From the NCBI GenBank assembly GCA_934500865.1, contig CAKSUD010000002.1:1-54819 (forward strand): 54,819 bases of DNA, written 5' to 3'. Shown one piece after another: positions 29,239 through 38,348 of the stretch. Position numbers and translations under genes: made by a program. Origin of the DNA: an uncultured Clostridia bacterium (GTDB lineage: Bacteria > Bacillota > Clostridia > TANB77 > RGIG9151). Below the pieces are notes generated by a model. That model searched no databases and was not told the origin of the DNA. It worked only from the letters and a program-made list of their open reading frames with translations. Within the stretch, counting starts at the first letter, position 1; each line of letters opens with the position of its first letter.

Positions 29239-32200
29239 ATGATGAAGTTATTTAAAAAAAATACTAATGCAATAATAAGTGTAATATTAGCTTTGGCTGT
29301 ATTTGTTTCTTCAACTGTCGGTGTTTTAGTTGTTACCGGAATACTTGATAAAAGTTTTTTAATTGATGTTTTAAAACCTTTTTCCGATAAAAATGATACT
29401 CATGATGATGTGCCGGATGACGAGCCCGATTATCCCGATATTCCTGATTATAATGAACCCGACAGTCCTTGGATACCCGAGGATGAGGCACCGTCTGTAA
29501 ATCCAGGCTATACTACAACCTCTGAAATAGGTGAGGTTTTCCACGACCAAGGTGGAATTTATATGTCACCCATTCAGCCTAAAAATACTGAACGTGCTAC
29601 AATGCGTTTGCGTGTAGAGCGTAACAATGTAACCTGGGCAAAGATTAATATAAGTGATGACTATGGAAAATCATGGATATCCTATCCTCTGAAATATAAT
29701 GCCATTGAGAAAAATGGGAATTTTGAGGATTGGGCAATTATGATACCTAAGCAAGCAGATCCCTATTATTACTATTTTTCGATTGGTAATGACGGCGAAG
29801 AAACAACACAATATTATGGTATTTACGGTATGACTACCGATAAAATTACAAGTTATAGCGATTGCTTCTTTGTACGTCCTGATTCAGACGTTCCTGAGTG
29901 GTCTTACGGTAAATATTGGTATGGTATAAACACTAATGCGTTTTATAATGCGGACCCTATGAATGATCCATCTGGCCAATATATCGATATGGCGTTAGGT
30001 CAGCAAATGAACAGCAATCACTACCGTGCAATGTTCGGCGGAGATTTGCAAGGCGTTCTGGAAAAACTGGATTATATTAAAAGTTTAGGCGTTGAAGGTG
30101 TATATCTTAATCCTTTAATGCCTTCATGGGATGCAGCCGGTTACGGTTGGCTTGAAACATATAGCATAGCTTCTCGCAACGGTAATGAGGAGGCACTTGC
30201 AAATCTTTGTAAAGCTATACATGACAGTGATATGCGTATAATGCTTGACAATGTTGTAGCGCTTTGGCCGGCTAACAGTGTTTGGGCAAATGACCCGAAT
30301 TACAATATTTATCCTTTTGAAGGCTCATTGGCTTCTAAAACAAGTAGATATTTTGATATGTTCTTCTATAATATGTGGCCCGGTGATTATTTAAAACGTT
30401 TTGAGTCTATAGCTCCCGATTATAGCGGAACAAATGCTAAAAAGGCTATTTATAGCGAAAAGGGCTCACTTATTCCAAGGTATAACTCTAATCCTTTTAA
30501 TGTTGATGCTATAAGATATGACTCGTCTGTGTATATTTGGGGCAGCGATACACCTTCGGAACAGATTGTCAAGGAAATGCAGACAGCAGCTAAAAACGCT
30601 AATCCAAATCACTTATTTATAGGTGAAAATGATAAATTCAGATATTACGACTGGGATACTACTTGGAATCTTCATTATGCTGATGCTCAAAGAGATATTT
30701 TCACTTTCAAAAGTACATTTTCGCAATACAAGAGAAATGCAATTAAGTATATGCAATCTATAAATAGAGCATCGGCTCTTTCAACATATAACTATATAGA
30801 TATGATTGACCGTGACAGAATGCGTACTACTGTAAAAACGCAGTGGTTGCTTAATGCAGGTACAATTATTCAGATGACATATTTAGGCTCTCCTGCACTT
30901 CGTTTTGGTAACGAAACTGCAAGCGAAAGCACTATGTCACACAGACTTAATGCATTTAACTGGGACGAAAGCACCTGGAATTATGAAAACTATAATATGG
31001 TTAAGGCACTCGGTCAGTTAAGAAACGAATATGATTGCCTTAAAACAGGTGTTATTAAGTGGGGCGAAATTAATGATGGTGAACAATTTATGTCCTTTGC
31101 ACGCTTCGATAACAAAAATACTGTAATAACAGCAATAAATCGCACCGAAGACACTGTTGAGCATACTATGGAAGTCAGACAGTTCGGCGTCAAAGACGGG
31201 GCAGTTCTTACCGATTATTTGACTGGCAAAAACTATACTGTTAAAAATGGTAAAGTTTCAGTAATTCTTATGCCTGGTGGTACGGTATTTGTAAACGATG
31301 GCAAAACAGCTGATTATCGTTGTAAGTATGAAGTTTATGACATTGATGTTAAGAATGCAAATATAATCACAACCTCACCGAACACTTTTGTTGTGACAGC
31401 TAATAAGGGTTCGTTAGATGGTAAAAATGATAAGGCAATGTTTGCTACCATCCCCTTATTTGGAAATTTTGGTTTTGAAGCTAATATTACTACCAATGAC
31501 AGTTGCGGTGCCTTGGTTGTAAGAGCGTCAAAAGATTCGAATGCTTTGGCATACAGTATAGTAATAGACAACGGAAAACTTACCGTTTATGCAAGAACAG
31601 AGAAAGGCAAGAAGCCAAAGACACTTAAATCGTTAAATTTCAAGGATGGCAGTAAGATAGAAATAGTAAGAAATAATTCGAACAAATTTGCACTTTACCT
31701 TGACGGTGAAATGGTTTCTGGAACTACCGCAAATATTGCTATGGGCAATAAAGTATATGTGGGTTTTGCAGCTTTGGACGGCACGATAAGTACTAATAAT
31801 ATTTCTATCAATAATGCTACATCAAAGTATTGTTCTGACTTTAATTCTACTGTTTTGCCATCAACACTTACTCTTTCTGGTAATGGAGTTTTAGAAAATG
31901 GCGAACTTGTTTTAACCTCTAAAAAAACATTGTTCTCTAAGAGTGAGGATGCCATTTGCTATGCTGAAACTAAAGAAGGCGATTGGACAGCAAAAACGAC
32001 ATTTTTAGCAGAAATTAACAAGGATTATTCCATTGCAGGATTAATTGCAAAATCAAGTGATAACAACAAAGTATTTGGCGGCCGCACTTTAATTGATGGT
32101 AAACAGAAGATAGTATTATCCAGAATTGTTAACGATAAGTTGGCTGTATATGCATCTGTCGACGATACAAAGTCTAATTCTGCACTCACAATTCAACTTC

Positions 32201-33426
32201 AAAGAACGGGCAACTACTTTACACTTATTTATCGTTATGAAAATTCCGATTGGAAGCAACTTGACGGACGTATTTTTACAAGTATGAGTGATCCGAATGT
32301 CGGCATATATACAAGTGGCGATAATGTTGTGGCTAAATTTGATTCGTTTACACTTGGTAATATGCTCGACGGCGGAACTTCTGTAAATACTCCCCATTCA
32401 ATTATTCCTTGGGCGACTAAAACTCAAGGTCAATATGATAATGTTTCTTGGCAATTCCCGTCATGGAAAGTTACAGGTAATGTTGATAACTGGGATTATG
32501 TATCCGGTGGTATTGAACAGAGCTCAAAAACTGTTGACGAGTATCTTTACGATATAAGAAGTGAACATACTGATTTTAGGGCAGAATGTACAATTCAGTT
32601 CAAGAGTAAGACCGGATATGTTGGAATGTTGCTTCGTAAAGTAAATACTGCGACAGATATGAATAACGGTTATCTTGTAAAATTAAATCACGGCGGTAAA
32701 CTTCAACTTCTTAGGGGTAGCACAGTTTTAGCAGAAACAAAAGTTAAAATACCTAAAATGGGTCTTAGATTAGTTGCCGAATGCTCAGGTAATACCATTG
32801 CCGTTTATCATGGGACTAATTTAGAGTTAGCGTTTACAGTACAGGATAGTACCTATATGAAGGGCTACTTTGGATTTATGACTTCAAGGGAAAACGCAAT
32901 AATCGGCAACTTTGATATATCTCTTAATGAATATAAATCATGGACAGCAGTAGCACCTAATTATCTGGGTGACAACAATATTTGGAGATTTTCCGCTGAT
33001 GCTATAAATCTCAATATCGGCAAATCTTATGCGGTGGCTTCATTTAAAGGTTATGCCTATACTAATGTTGATGTGTCTGTTCAAATAACCGCCACACAGG
33101 ATGAAACAGGTTACTCAGGTTTAACCTTTGGACTATCTGAAGGCATTTTACCGAAAGATAAAGGTGTTTCAGTTGCTATCAATGGCACTAATAGTTTAGT
33201 TGTTTTCAAGAATGGTGAAAAGGTCGCTTTTGCCGATATTACAATTAGTGATAAGGTATTGCTTAAAGTGACCGTACGGGATGGCAAATATACCGTATAT
33301 CTTGATGGCAATAAAACTCTTGAGTGGACAGACTGCGAATTTAGCGGCGGTGCCATCTCTCTTTCAGGATATAATACCAAGACTGAATTTAAAAACTTCA
33401 TCGTAAAAGATATGGTAAACGGATAA
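29239..33426 (+). CDS. Membrane-anchored divergent GH13-like (alpha-amylase superfamily) enzyme fused to several LamG/DUF1080-like modules (1395 aa)
   Basis: It has an N-terminal TM anchor and an acidic Pro-rich linker. An amylase N-domain-like segment reads FHDQGGIYMSPIQP. The core reads GGDLQGVLEKLDYIKSLGVEGVYLNPL, RIMLDNVVAL, VDAIRYDSS, LFIGEN and MTYLGSPALRFGNE. C-terminal modules end in motifs such as KGYFGFMTSRENAIIGNFDI. Confidence 0.75.
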   Translation: MMKLFKKNTNAIISVILALAVFVSSTVGVLVVTGILDKSFLIDVLKPFSDKNDTHDDVPDDEPDYPDIPDYNEPDSPWIPEDEAPSVNPGYTTTSEIGEVFHDQGGIYMSPIQPKNTERATMRLRVERNNVTWAKINISDDYGKSWISYPLKYNAIEKNGNFEDWAIMIPKQADPYYYYFSIGNDGEETTQYYGIYGMTTDKITSYSDCFFVRPDSDVPEWSYGKYWYGINTNAFYNADPMNDPSGQYIDMALGQQMNSNHYRAMFGGDLQGVLEKLDYIKSLGVEGVYLNPLMPSWDAAGYGWLETYSIASRNGNEEALANLCKAIHDSDMRIMLDNVVALWPANSVWANDPNYNIYPFEGSLASKTSRYFDMFFYNMWPGDYLKRFESIAPDYSGTNAKKAIYSEKGSLIPRYNSNPFNVDAIRYDSSVYIWGSDTPSEQIVKEMQTAAKNANPNHLFIGENDKFRYYDWDTTWNLHYADAQRDIFTFKSTFSQYKRNAIKYMQSINRASALSTYNYIDMIDRDRMRTTVKTQWLLNAGTIIQMTYLGSPALRFGNETASESTMSHRLNAFNWDESTWNYENYNMVKALGQLRNEYDCLKTGVIKWGEINDGEQFMSFARFDNKNTVITAINRTEDTVEHTMEVRQFGVKDGAVLTDYLTGKNYTVKNGKVSVILMPGGTVFVNDGKTADYRCKYEVYDIDVKNANIITTSPNTFVVTANKGSLDGKNDKAMFATIPLFGNFGFEANITTNDSCGALVVRASKDSNALAYSIVIDNGKLTVYARTEKGKKPKTLKSLNFKDGSKIEIVRNNSNKFALYLDGEMVSGTTANIAMGNKVYVGFAALDGTISTNNISINNATSKYCSDFNSTVLPSTLTLSGNGVLENGELVLTSKKTLFSKSEDAICYAETKEGDWTAKTTFLAEINKDYSIAGLIAKSSDNNKVFGGRTLIDGKQKIVLSRIVNDKLAVYASVDDTKSNSALTIQLQRTGNYFTLIYRYENSDWKQLDGRIFTSMSDPNVGIYTSGDNVVAKFDSFTLGNMLDGGTSVNTPHSIIPWATKTQGQYDNVSWQFPSWKVTGNVDNWDYVSGGIEQSSKTVDEYLYDIRSEHTDFRAECTIQFKSKTGYVGMLLRKVNTATDMNNGYLVKLNHGGKLQLLRGSTVLAETKVKIPKMGLRLVAECSGNTIAVYHGTNLELAFTVQDSTYMKGYFGFMTSRENAIIGNFDISLNEYKSWTAVAPNYLGDNNIWRFSADAINLNIGKSYAVASFKGYAYTNVDVSVQITATQDETGYSGLTFGLSEGILPKDKGVSVAINGTNSLVVFKNGEKVAFADITISDKVLLKVTVRDGKYTVYLDGNKTLEWTDCEFSGGAISLSGYNTKTEFKNFIVKDMVNG

Positions 33427-33452
33427 ATTTGTCTTTTAAGTTGAAAAGTATA

Positions 33453-33481
33453 GCCGTAAGCAGCAAAATACTGCTTACGGC
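33453..33481 (+). terminator. Strong hairpin without a U-tract (possible terminator, attenuator or mRNA processing/stability element)
   Basis: GCCGTAAGCAG (33453-33463) pairs with CTGCTTACGGC (33471-33481), a perfect 11-bp stem. AGAACG follows, not a T-run. Confidence 0.45.
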
Positions 33482-33528
33482 AGAACGAAATATAGCACAT
33501 AAAATTAAATTGGCAAGGAGAAAATTTT

Positions 33529-34899
33529 ATGAAGATTTTTGAAAAAATTCTTTGCATTGCAATGGCTTTAGCAATGTGCTGTACACTATTTACAGGCTGT
33601 TCAGATAAAAAAGAAAATAAAGTTGACCTTAACGGTTATGAGTTTACGATAGCTTCTCCATGGCTTGTAAATGATACAGCAGGCGCAACTCTTGCAACCT
33701 ATGAAAGAGCTTTCCAAAAGCGAAGACAAGAGGTTGAACGTGAATTCAACTGTAAAATAACAATAATTAAACCCGAAAATATAATGCAGCAAATACTTGC
33801 AGGTGAAAAAGTTGCTGACTGGATTAACCAAACAACTTACAATGTTATGAATTATGCTGCCAGTGATTATCTTATTCCTTATGAGGATATCAAGGGAATA
33901 GATATTAAAAGCGATAAATGGATAAAGTCTTATAGCGATTTATTTACTATGGATGGTAAACATTATGCACTTAATTTCTTAAAGCCTGCTTCTGCCCGTA
34001 ATATTCTTCTTGTTAATAAAACAATGCTTAAAGAAAACGGTGTAGAAGAAGATATTTATCAACTAGTTCGTGATAATAAGTGGACATTTGATAAATTTAG
34101 GGAAATGGCGCAAAAATGTACCAATGTGCAAAAAGGTACATATGGTGTTATGTTCTACGATGTTTATGAGGCATTTGCAAGCTTTATAGCCGCTAACGGA
34201 GCTAAAATTGCCGATATTAAAGGTGGTGCCGTTAAAGAATACACTACAAGCAAGGAAGTACTCAACGCACTTAACTTTGTTGATAGCATTTGCAACGAAT
34301 ATAAGGTTGTAAAAATTGATGACAAGCAACGCTCTGGACCTACTTTTGCTACATATACCGTTTCACAGGCACAGATCGCACAGCAGTTCCTTAACAATAA
34401 AATTGCATTCTATATGATGGATATGTGGGTCTCAAATCAACTTATTAAGCCGCTTGAACCTGAAATTGAATATGGTATGGTACCGATACCGATGGGTCCC
34501 GATACTGATAAATATCATTCTTCATCCTTTGGTGCAGATGCTTTCTGTGTAACAAAAAATAATAAAGACCTTGATAAAGCAGTTGTTATTATGAATGCAT
34601 TAGCAGAGCCTGCTGAAGGCTATGAAGGTGACGAGTGGGTAGAGGATGCAGTTATAAACGACTACTTCCAGGAAGGTGATACAGATAGTTTTGAAATGTA
34701 TAAAATCTGTATAGAAAATATGACTTACGATTTTATGCGTACAGAAGGTACAAATGACCTTTATGGTGAGTTTGTAATTAATTGCGGTTTGAATCCTATT
34801 TTCTTCCGTAAGACTTCTGTATCTTCAGCCCTTCAGTCATTTAACGGTGTTCCCACTAACCGTCTGAATGAGCTTTTTGGTTTTGAGAGTAAGAAATAA
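33529..34899 (+). CDS. ABC transporter substrate-binding lipoprotein (family 1 SBP)
   Basis: RBS AAGGAG precedes the start. It has the lipobox LFTGCSD, is 456 aa long and has general sugar-SBP composition. Confidence 0.8.
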   Translation: MKIFEKILCIAMALAMCCTLFTGCSDKKENKVDLNGYEFTIASPWLVNDTAGATLATYERAFQKRRQEVEREFNCKITIIKPENIMQQILAGEKVADWINQTTYNVMNYAASDYLIPYEDIKGIDIKSDKWIKSYSDLFTMDGKHYALNFLKPASARNILLVNKTMLKENGVEEDIYQLVRDNKWTFDKFREMAQKCTNVQKGTYGVMFYDVYEAFASFIAANGAKIADIKGGAVKEYTTSKEVLNALNFVDSICNEYKVVKIDDKQRSGPTFATYTVSQAQIAQQFLNNKIAFYMMDMWVSNQLIKPLEPEIEYGMVPIPMGPDTDKYHSSSFGADAFCVTKNNKDLDKAVVIMNALAEPAEGYEGDEWVEDAVINDYFQEGDTDSFEMYKICIENMTYDFMRTEGTNDLYGEFVINCGLNPIFFRKTSVSSALQSFNGVPTNRLNELFGFESKK

Positions 34900-34920
34900 T
34901 TTTATTTGAGGCGATTTTTT

Positions 34921-35751
34921 ATGAATGTTGGTGTAGTAATTTTACATTGCAGAGAAGGATTAGAGGGGAAATTTAAAGTTTCAGCTGAGCAAGGCTTTAA
35001 GCACTGCCAGTTTATAAGCTGGTCTCCATCCCTTTGGACAGATGACGAGGCTGAAAGGGTTTCTTCGTACAGCAAGAAATACGGCATAGAAATCACTGCT
35101 TTCTGGTGCGGTTGGGAAGGTCCTAATGCATGGAACTTCTATGAAGGTCAGGCAACACTTGGTTTAGTGCCCGAAACTTACCGCCATGCACGTATTAAAA
35201 ATTTGGTAAACGGCTCTGATTTTGCCAAAAAACTCGGCGTTACCGATGTTGTTACACATATGGGATTTTTGCCTGAGAATCCCAACGAGAGGCTTTATAC
35301 CGATGTTGTTTATGCAATTAGATGCATAGCCCGTCATGCTGCTCAGAATGGTCAACGACTTTTGTTTGAAACTGGTCAAGAAACACCTGTTACACTTCTC
35401 AGAACTATTGAAGATGTAGCTACAGGTAATCTCGGTGTAAATCTTGACCCTGCTAACCTTATTCTTTACGGTAAAGCAAATCCCGTTGATGCTTTGGATG
35501 TTTTTGGTAAATATGTTTACGGTTTTCATGCAAAGGATGGCTTTTATCCTACAAACGGAAGAGAGCTTGGACGTGAGGTGCCTGTTGGTGAGGGTAAGGC
35601 AAATTATCCTATGCTTATCAAAAGATTGCACGAATGTGGCTATAATGGCTCTCTTACCATAGAACGTGAAATTTCAGGCGAACAGCAAACCAAGGATATC
35701 CTAAACACAAAGGTATATTTAGAAAAATTATTGGCTGAGATTGAAGCGTAA
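34921..35751 (+). CDS. Sugar phosphate isomerase/epimerase family protein (xylose-isomerase-like TIM barrel)
   Basis: It contains segments typical of the family (VVTHMGF, LLFETGQE, GVNLDPANLILYG, HAKDG...GEGKANYPMLIKRLHECGYNGSLTIERE). The ATG at 34921 lies 9 nt after GAGG. TTG 34906 is an alternative start. Confidence 0.8.
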   Translation: MNVGVVILHCREGLEGKFKVSAEQGFKHCQFISWSPSLWTDDEAERVSSYSKKYGIEITAFWCGWEGPNAWNFYEGQATLGLVPETYRHARIKNLVNGSDFAKKLGVTDVVTHMGFLPENPNERLYTDVVYAIRCIARHAAQNGQRLLFETGQETPVTLLRTIEDVATGNLGVNLDPANLILYGKANPVDALDVFGKYVYGFHAKDGFYPTNGRELGREVPVGEGKANYPMLIKRLHECGYNGSLTIEREISGEQQTKDILNTKVYLEKLLAEIEA

Positions 35752-35763
35752 TTTCTGAATTTG

Positions 35764-35797
35764 TTGGCAGCCAAATAAGTTTTGGCTGCCAATTTTT
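35764..35797 (+). terminator. Rho-independent terminator
   Basis: TTGGCAGCCAAA (35764-35775) pairs with TTTGGCTGCCAA (35781-35792) and TTTTT follows. Confidence 0.9.
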
Positions 35798-35812
35798 AAA
35801 ATGGAGGCTATT

Positions 35813-37927
35813 ATGAATAGCATTTTTGATAAATCTAAGTGGATTTGGTACAAGGAAACCTGTATTAATCAATATGTAGATTTTAGGTGCTACTTTAATC
35901 TTGATAATACAGATGAAGTTTATTTACATATAAGTGTGGATTCAAGATATGCTGTATATGTAAACGGAGTCTTTGTGCCTGCTTTTCAGTATGCTGATTA
36001 TCCTGAATATAAGGTTTATGACAGTATTGATATTTCCTTCTATGTGGGTTTGGGTAATAATAGTCTTGTAATTATTGGGTACTATCAGGGTGAGGATAGT
36101 ACGGTATACCGTTTAGGTGAAGCGGGACTTATTTTTGCAATTACTAATAAAGAAAATATAGTGACGTTTAGTGATAATAAAACACTTTGCAGACAGTCAT
36201 CTGACTATACAAACGGAAAAATTGAGAGAATTAGCGAACAGTTATCCTACTCATTTAGATACAATATGGCAAACTATGATGGTTTTAAGGAAACTGATTA
36301 TAAATGCAATGGCACTTGGCAAAACGCTATTGAACAGGATAAAAAATGCGAACTGTTTAGCCGTCCTATAAAGCAAATGATTGTTAATAAAAGTATAGAT
36401 ACTTATGTAATTTCGCAAGGCGTATTTAAAGATACAATTGACGAGAGCAATCCTTGCGGAGAGATAATGCAAACCGCATTTTTAGGTTTTTGCTCATATA
36501 AAAAAATTGGACTCCCTTGGAATACAACAAAATTACCAAACGAAAACGGTATAAATATTGGATGCGATCTAAAGGATGCTGACGGTATTTATTTAATTAT
36601 AGATTTAGGCAGAGAAGAAGCTGGTGTTTTCGACCTTGACATTGAACTTCCCTTTAATACAAAAATTCTTATTGGCTATGGTGAGCATTTGGAGGATATG
36701 CGTGTACGTACAAGTATTGACGGTCGGCAGTTTGCGGCGGTTTATAACGGAAAGACAGGCAGAAACCGTTTTACATATACCTTTAAACGCTTTGCATGCA
36801 GATATATTTCACTTCATATTTATGCTAACAACTTTAAACTTTATTATGCAGGCTTAAAAACTACACCGTATCCGCTTATAAAAAAGACAAATATAAACAA
36901 TCAAGAGGGCATACATAAGCAGATTCTTGATACCTGTATCAGAACGCTTGAGCTTTGTGTTCATGAACATTATGAGGATTGCCCATGGCGTGAACAAGGA
37001 CTTTACGCTATGGATTCACAAAATCAAATGCTTTTCGGATATAGTGTATTTAATAATCCCGAATTACCGAAAGCCGCTCTTAAACTTTTGGCGCTCGGTC
37101 AAAAGGAAAACGGACTGTTAGAACTTTGCGCTCCTGCAAGGATTTCTCTTACTATTCCTGCTTTTTCGCTTTGCTTTATATCAGCATTAAAGGAATATGT
37201 AGAGAATATAGGCGATACTAAATTTATAACTGAAATGCTTCCAATAGCCGAAAATGTGCTTAAATACTTTTTAGGCAGAATTGATGATACAGGCTTGGTG
37301 CCCTTTATTAAAGATAATGGGATATGGAACTTTTATGAATGGAGCGATGGCTTGAGCGGCGGTAATTTGAGTACCGACGGTAGAGTGATTTCGCTTTATG
37401 ATGCACCACTTAATGCCTTTTTATTGATTGCGTTGAACGATATCTTATGTTTAATTAATGTCGCAAATTTAAAGGATAAGTTTGACTATTATTCTGTTTG
37501 TGCCAATAAATTAAAGACGGCACTAAAACAGTTTTATGATGAAGATAAAAAACTATTCGCATCATTTTTTTCAAATGTCGGCTTAAAACATTACGCCGAA
37601 CTTACGCAATGCCTTATGGTGTGCGCAAATGTTTTAGATGATAGCGATGCTGAAAAAGCACTGCTTGATTGTGTAACCGAAAATAAAGGTTCTCTTGTAC
37701 ATACAACCCTTAGCTGTACGCTTTATAAGTATAAAGCACTTTTAAAGCATAAAGACCGTTATGGCGATTGGATAAAGCACGATATCGAAAATATATGGGG
37801 TAAAATGCTCTATCATGGTGCTACAAGTTTTTGGGAAACCGAACAGGGTGCCAATGCATTTGATAGAGCAGGTAGCCTTTGTCACGGTTGGTCAGCAGTG
37901 CCAATTTATTACTACTTTAACGGTTGA
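35813..37927 (+). CDS. GH78-like (alpha-L-rhamnosidase family) six-hairpin glycoside hydrolase, no signal peptide
   Basis: The N-domain signature is SKWIWYKE...NQYVDFRCYF...ISVDSRYAVYVNG. The catalytic-domain motifs are HEHYEDCPWREQGLYAMDSQNQ and ...SFWETEQ...SLCHGWSAVP. The ATG at 35813 follows GGAGG. Confidence 0.7.
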   Translation: MNSIFDKSKWIWYKETCINQYVDFRCYFNLDNTDEVYLHISVDSRYAVYVNGVFVPAFQYADYPEYKVYDSIDISFYVGLGNNSLVIIGYYQGEDSTVYRLGEAGLIFAITNKENIVTFSDNKTLCRQSSDYTNGKIERISEQLSYSFRYNMANYDGFKETDYKCNGTWQNAIEQDKKCELFSRPIKQMIVNKSIDTYVISQGVFKDTIDESNPCGEIMQTAFLGFCSYKKIGLPWNTTKLPNENGINIGCDLKDADGIYLIIDLGREEAGVFDLDIELPFNTKILIGYGEHLEDMRVRTSIDGRQFAAVYNGKTGRNRFTYTFKRFACRYISLHIYANNFKLYYAGLKTTPYPLIKKTNINNQEGIHKQILDTCIRTLELCVHEHYEDCPWREQGLYAMDSQNQMLFGYSVFNNPELPKAALKLLALGQKENGLLELCAPARISLTIPAFSLCFISALKEYVENIGDTKFITEMLPIAENVLKYFLGRIDDTGLVPFIKDNGIWNFYEWSDGLSGGNLSTDGRVISLYDAPLNAFLLIALNDILCLINVANLKDKFDYYSVCANKLKTALKQFYDEDKKLFASFFSNVGLKHYAELTQCLMVCANVLDDSDAEKALLDCVTENKGSLVHTTLSCTLYKYKALLKHKDRYGDWIKHDIENIWGKMLYHGATSFWETEQGANAFDRAGSLCHGWSAVPIYYYFNG

Positions 37928-37934
37928 GGTATAT

Positions 37935-38333
37935 ATGAAAAATACAAATAAAATCATATCGGCTTTTTGTGCTGTTTTCCTTTTACTTTGTTTTGTGGGA
38001 TGTGATGAAACAAACAAGGATAATAATTCAGAGGCGCAAAACTCTTTCGCTTTACAGCAGTCGGAAACACCAAGCAACGGCGAAAGCAACGTAACAAATA
38101 ACAATAATGATATACAAACTAATTCTTCATTCGATAATAATATTCAACACTTGCCTGATGATTATGTAAATAATGCAGATTTTGATGATGAAATTGATAG
38201 CGATGATTTAGACGGAGTCATCAAGGATGACGAATCGCAAAGTAACGATAGTTCACAAGAGAACAAACCGTCAAAAAATGGTGAAAAAATCGAGTATGAC
38301 GATAATTCTGGTTGGAGTAGTGGCTGGAATTAA
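37935..38333 (+). CDS. Small lipoprotein with an Asn/Asp/Ser-rich low-complexity body, function unknown
   Basis: It has the lipobox LLCFVGCDE. The remainder is acidic and polar low complexity, ending SGWSSGWN. Confidence 0.6.
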   Translation: MKNTNKIISAFCAVFLLLCFVGCDETNKDNNSEAQNSFALQQSETPSNGESNVTNNNNDIQTNSSFDNNIQHLPDDYVNNADFDDEIDSDDLDGVIKDDESQSNDSSQENKPSKNGEKIEYDDNSGWSSGWN

Positions 38334-38348
38334 AAAAGAGGTTGATTT

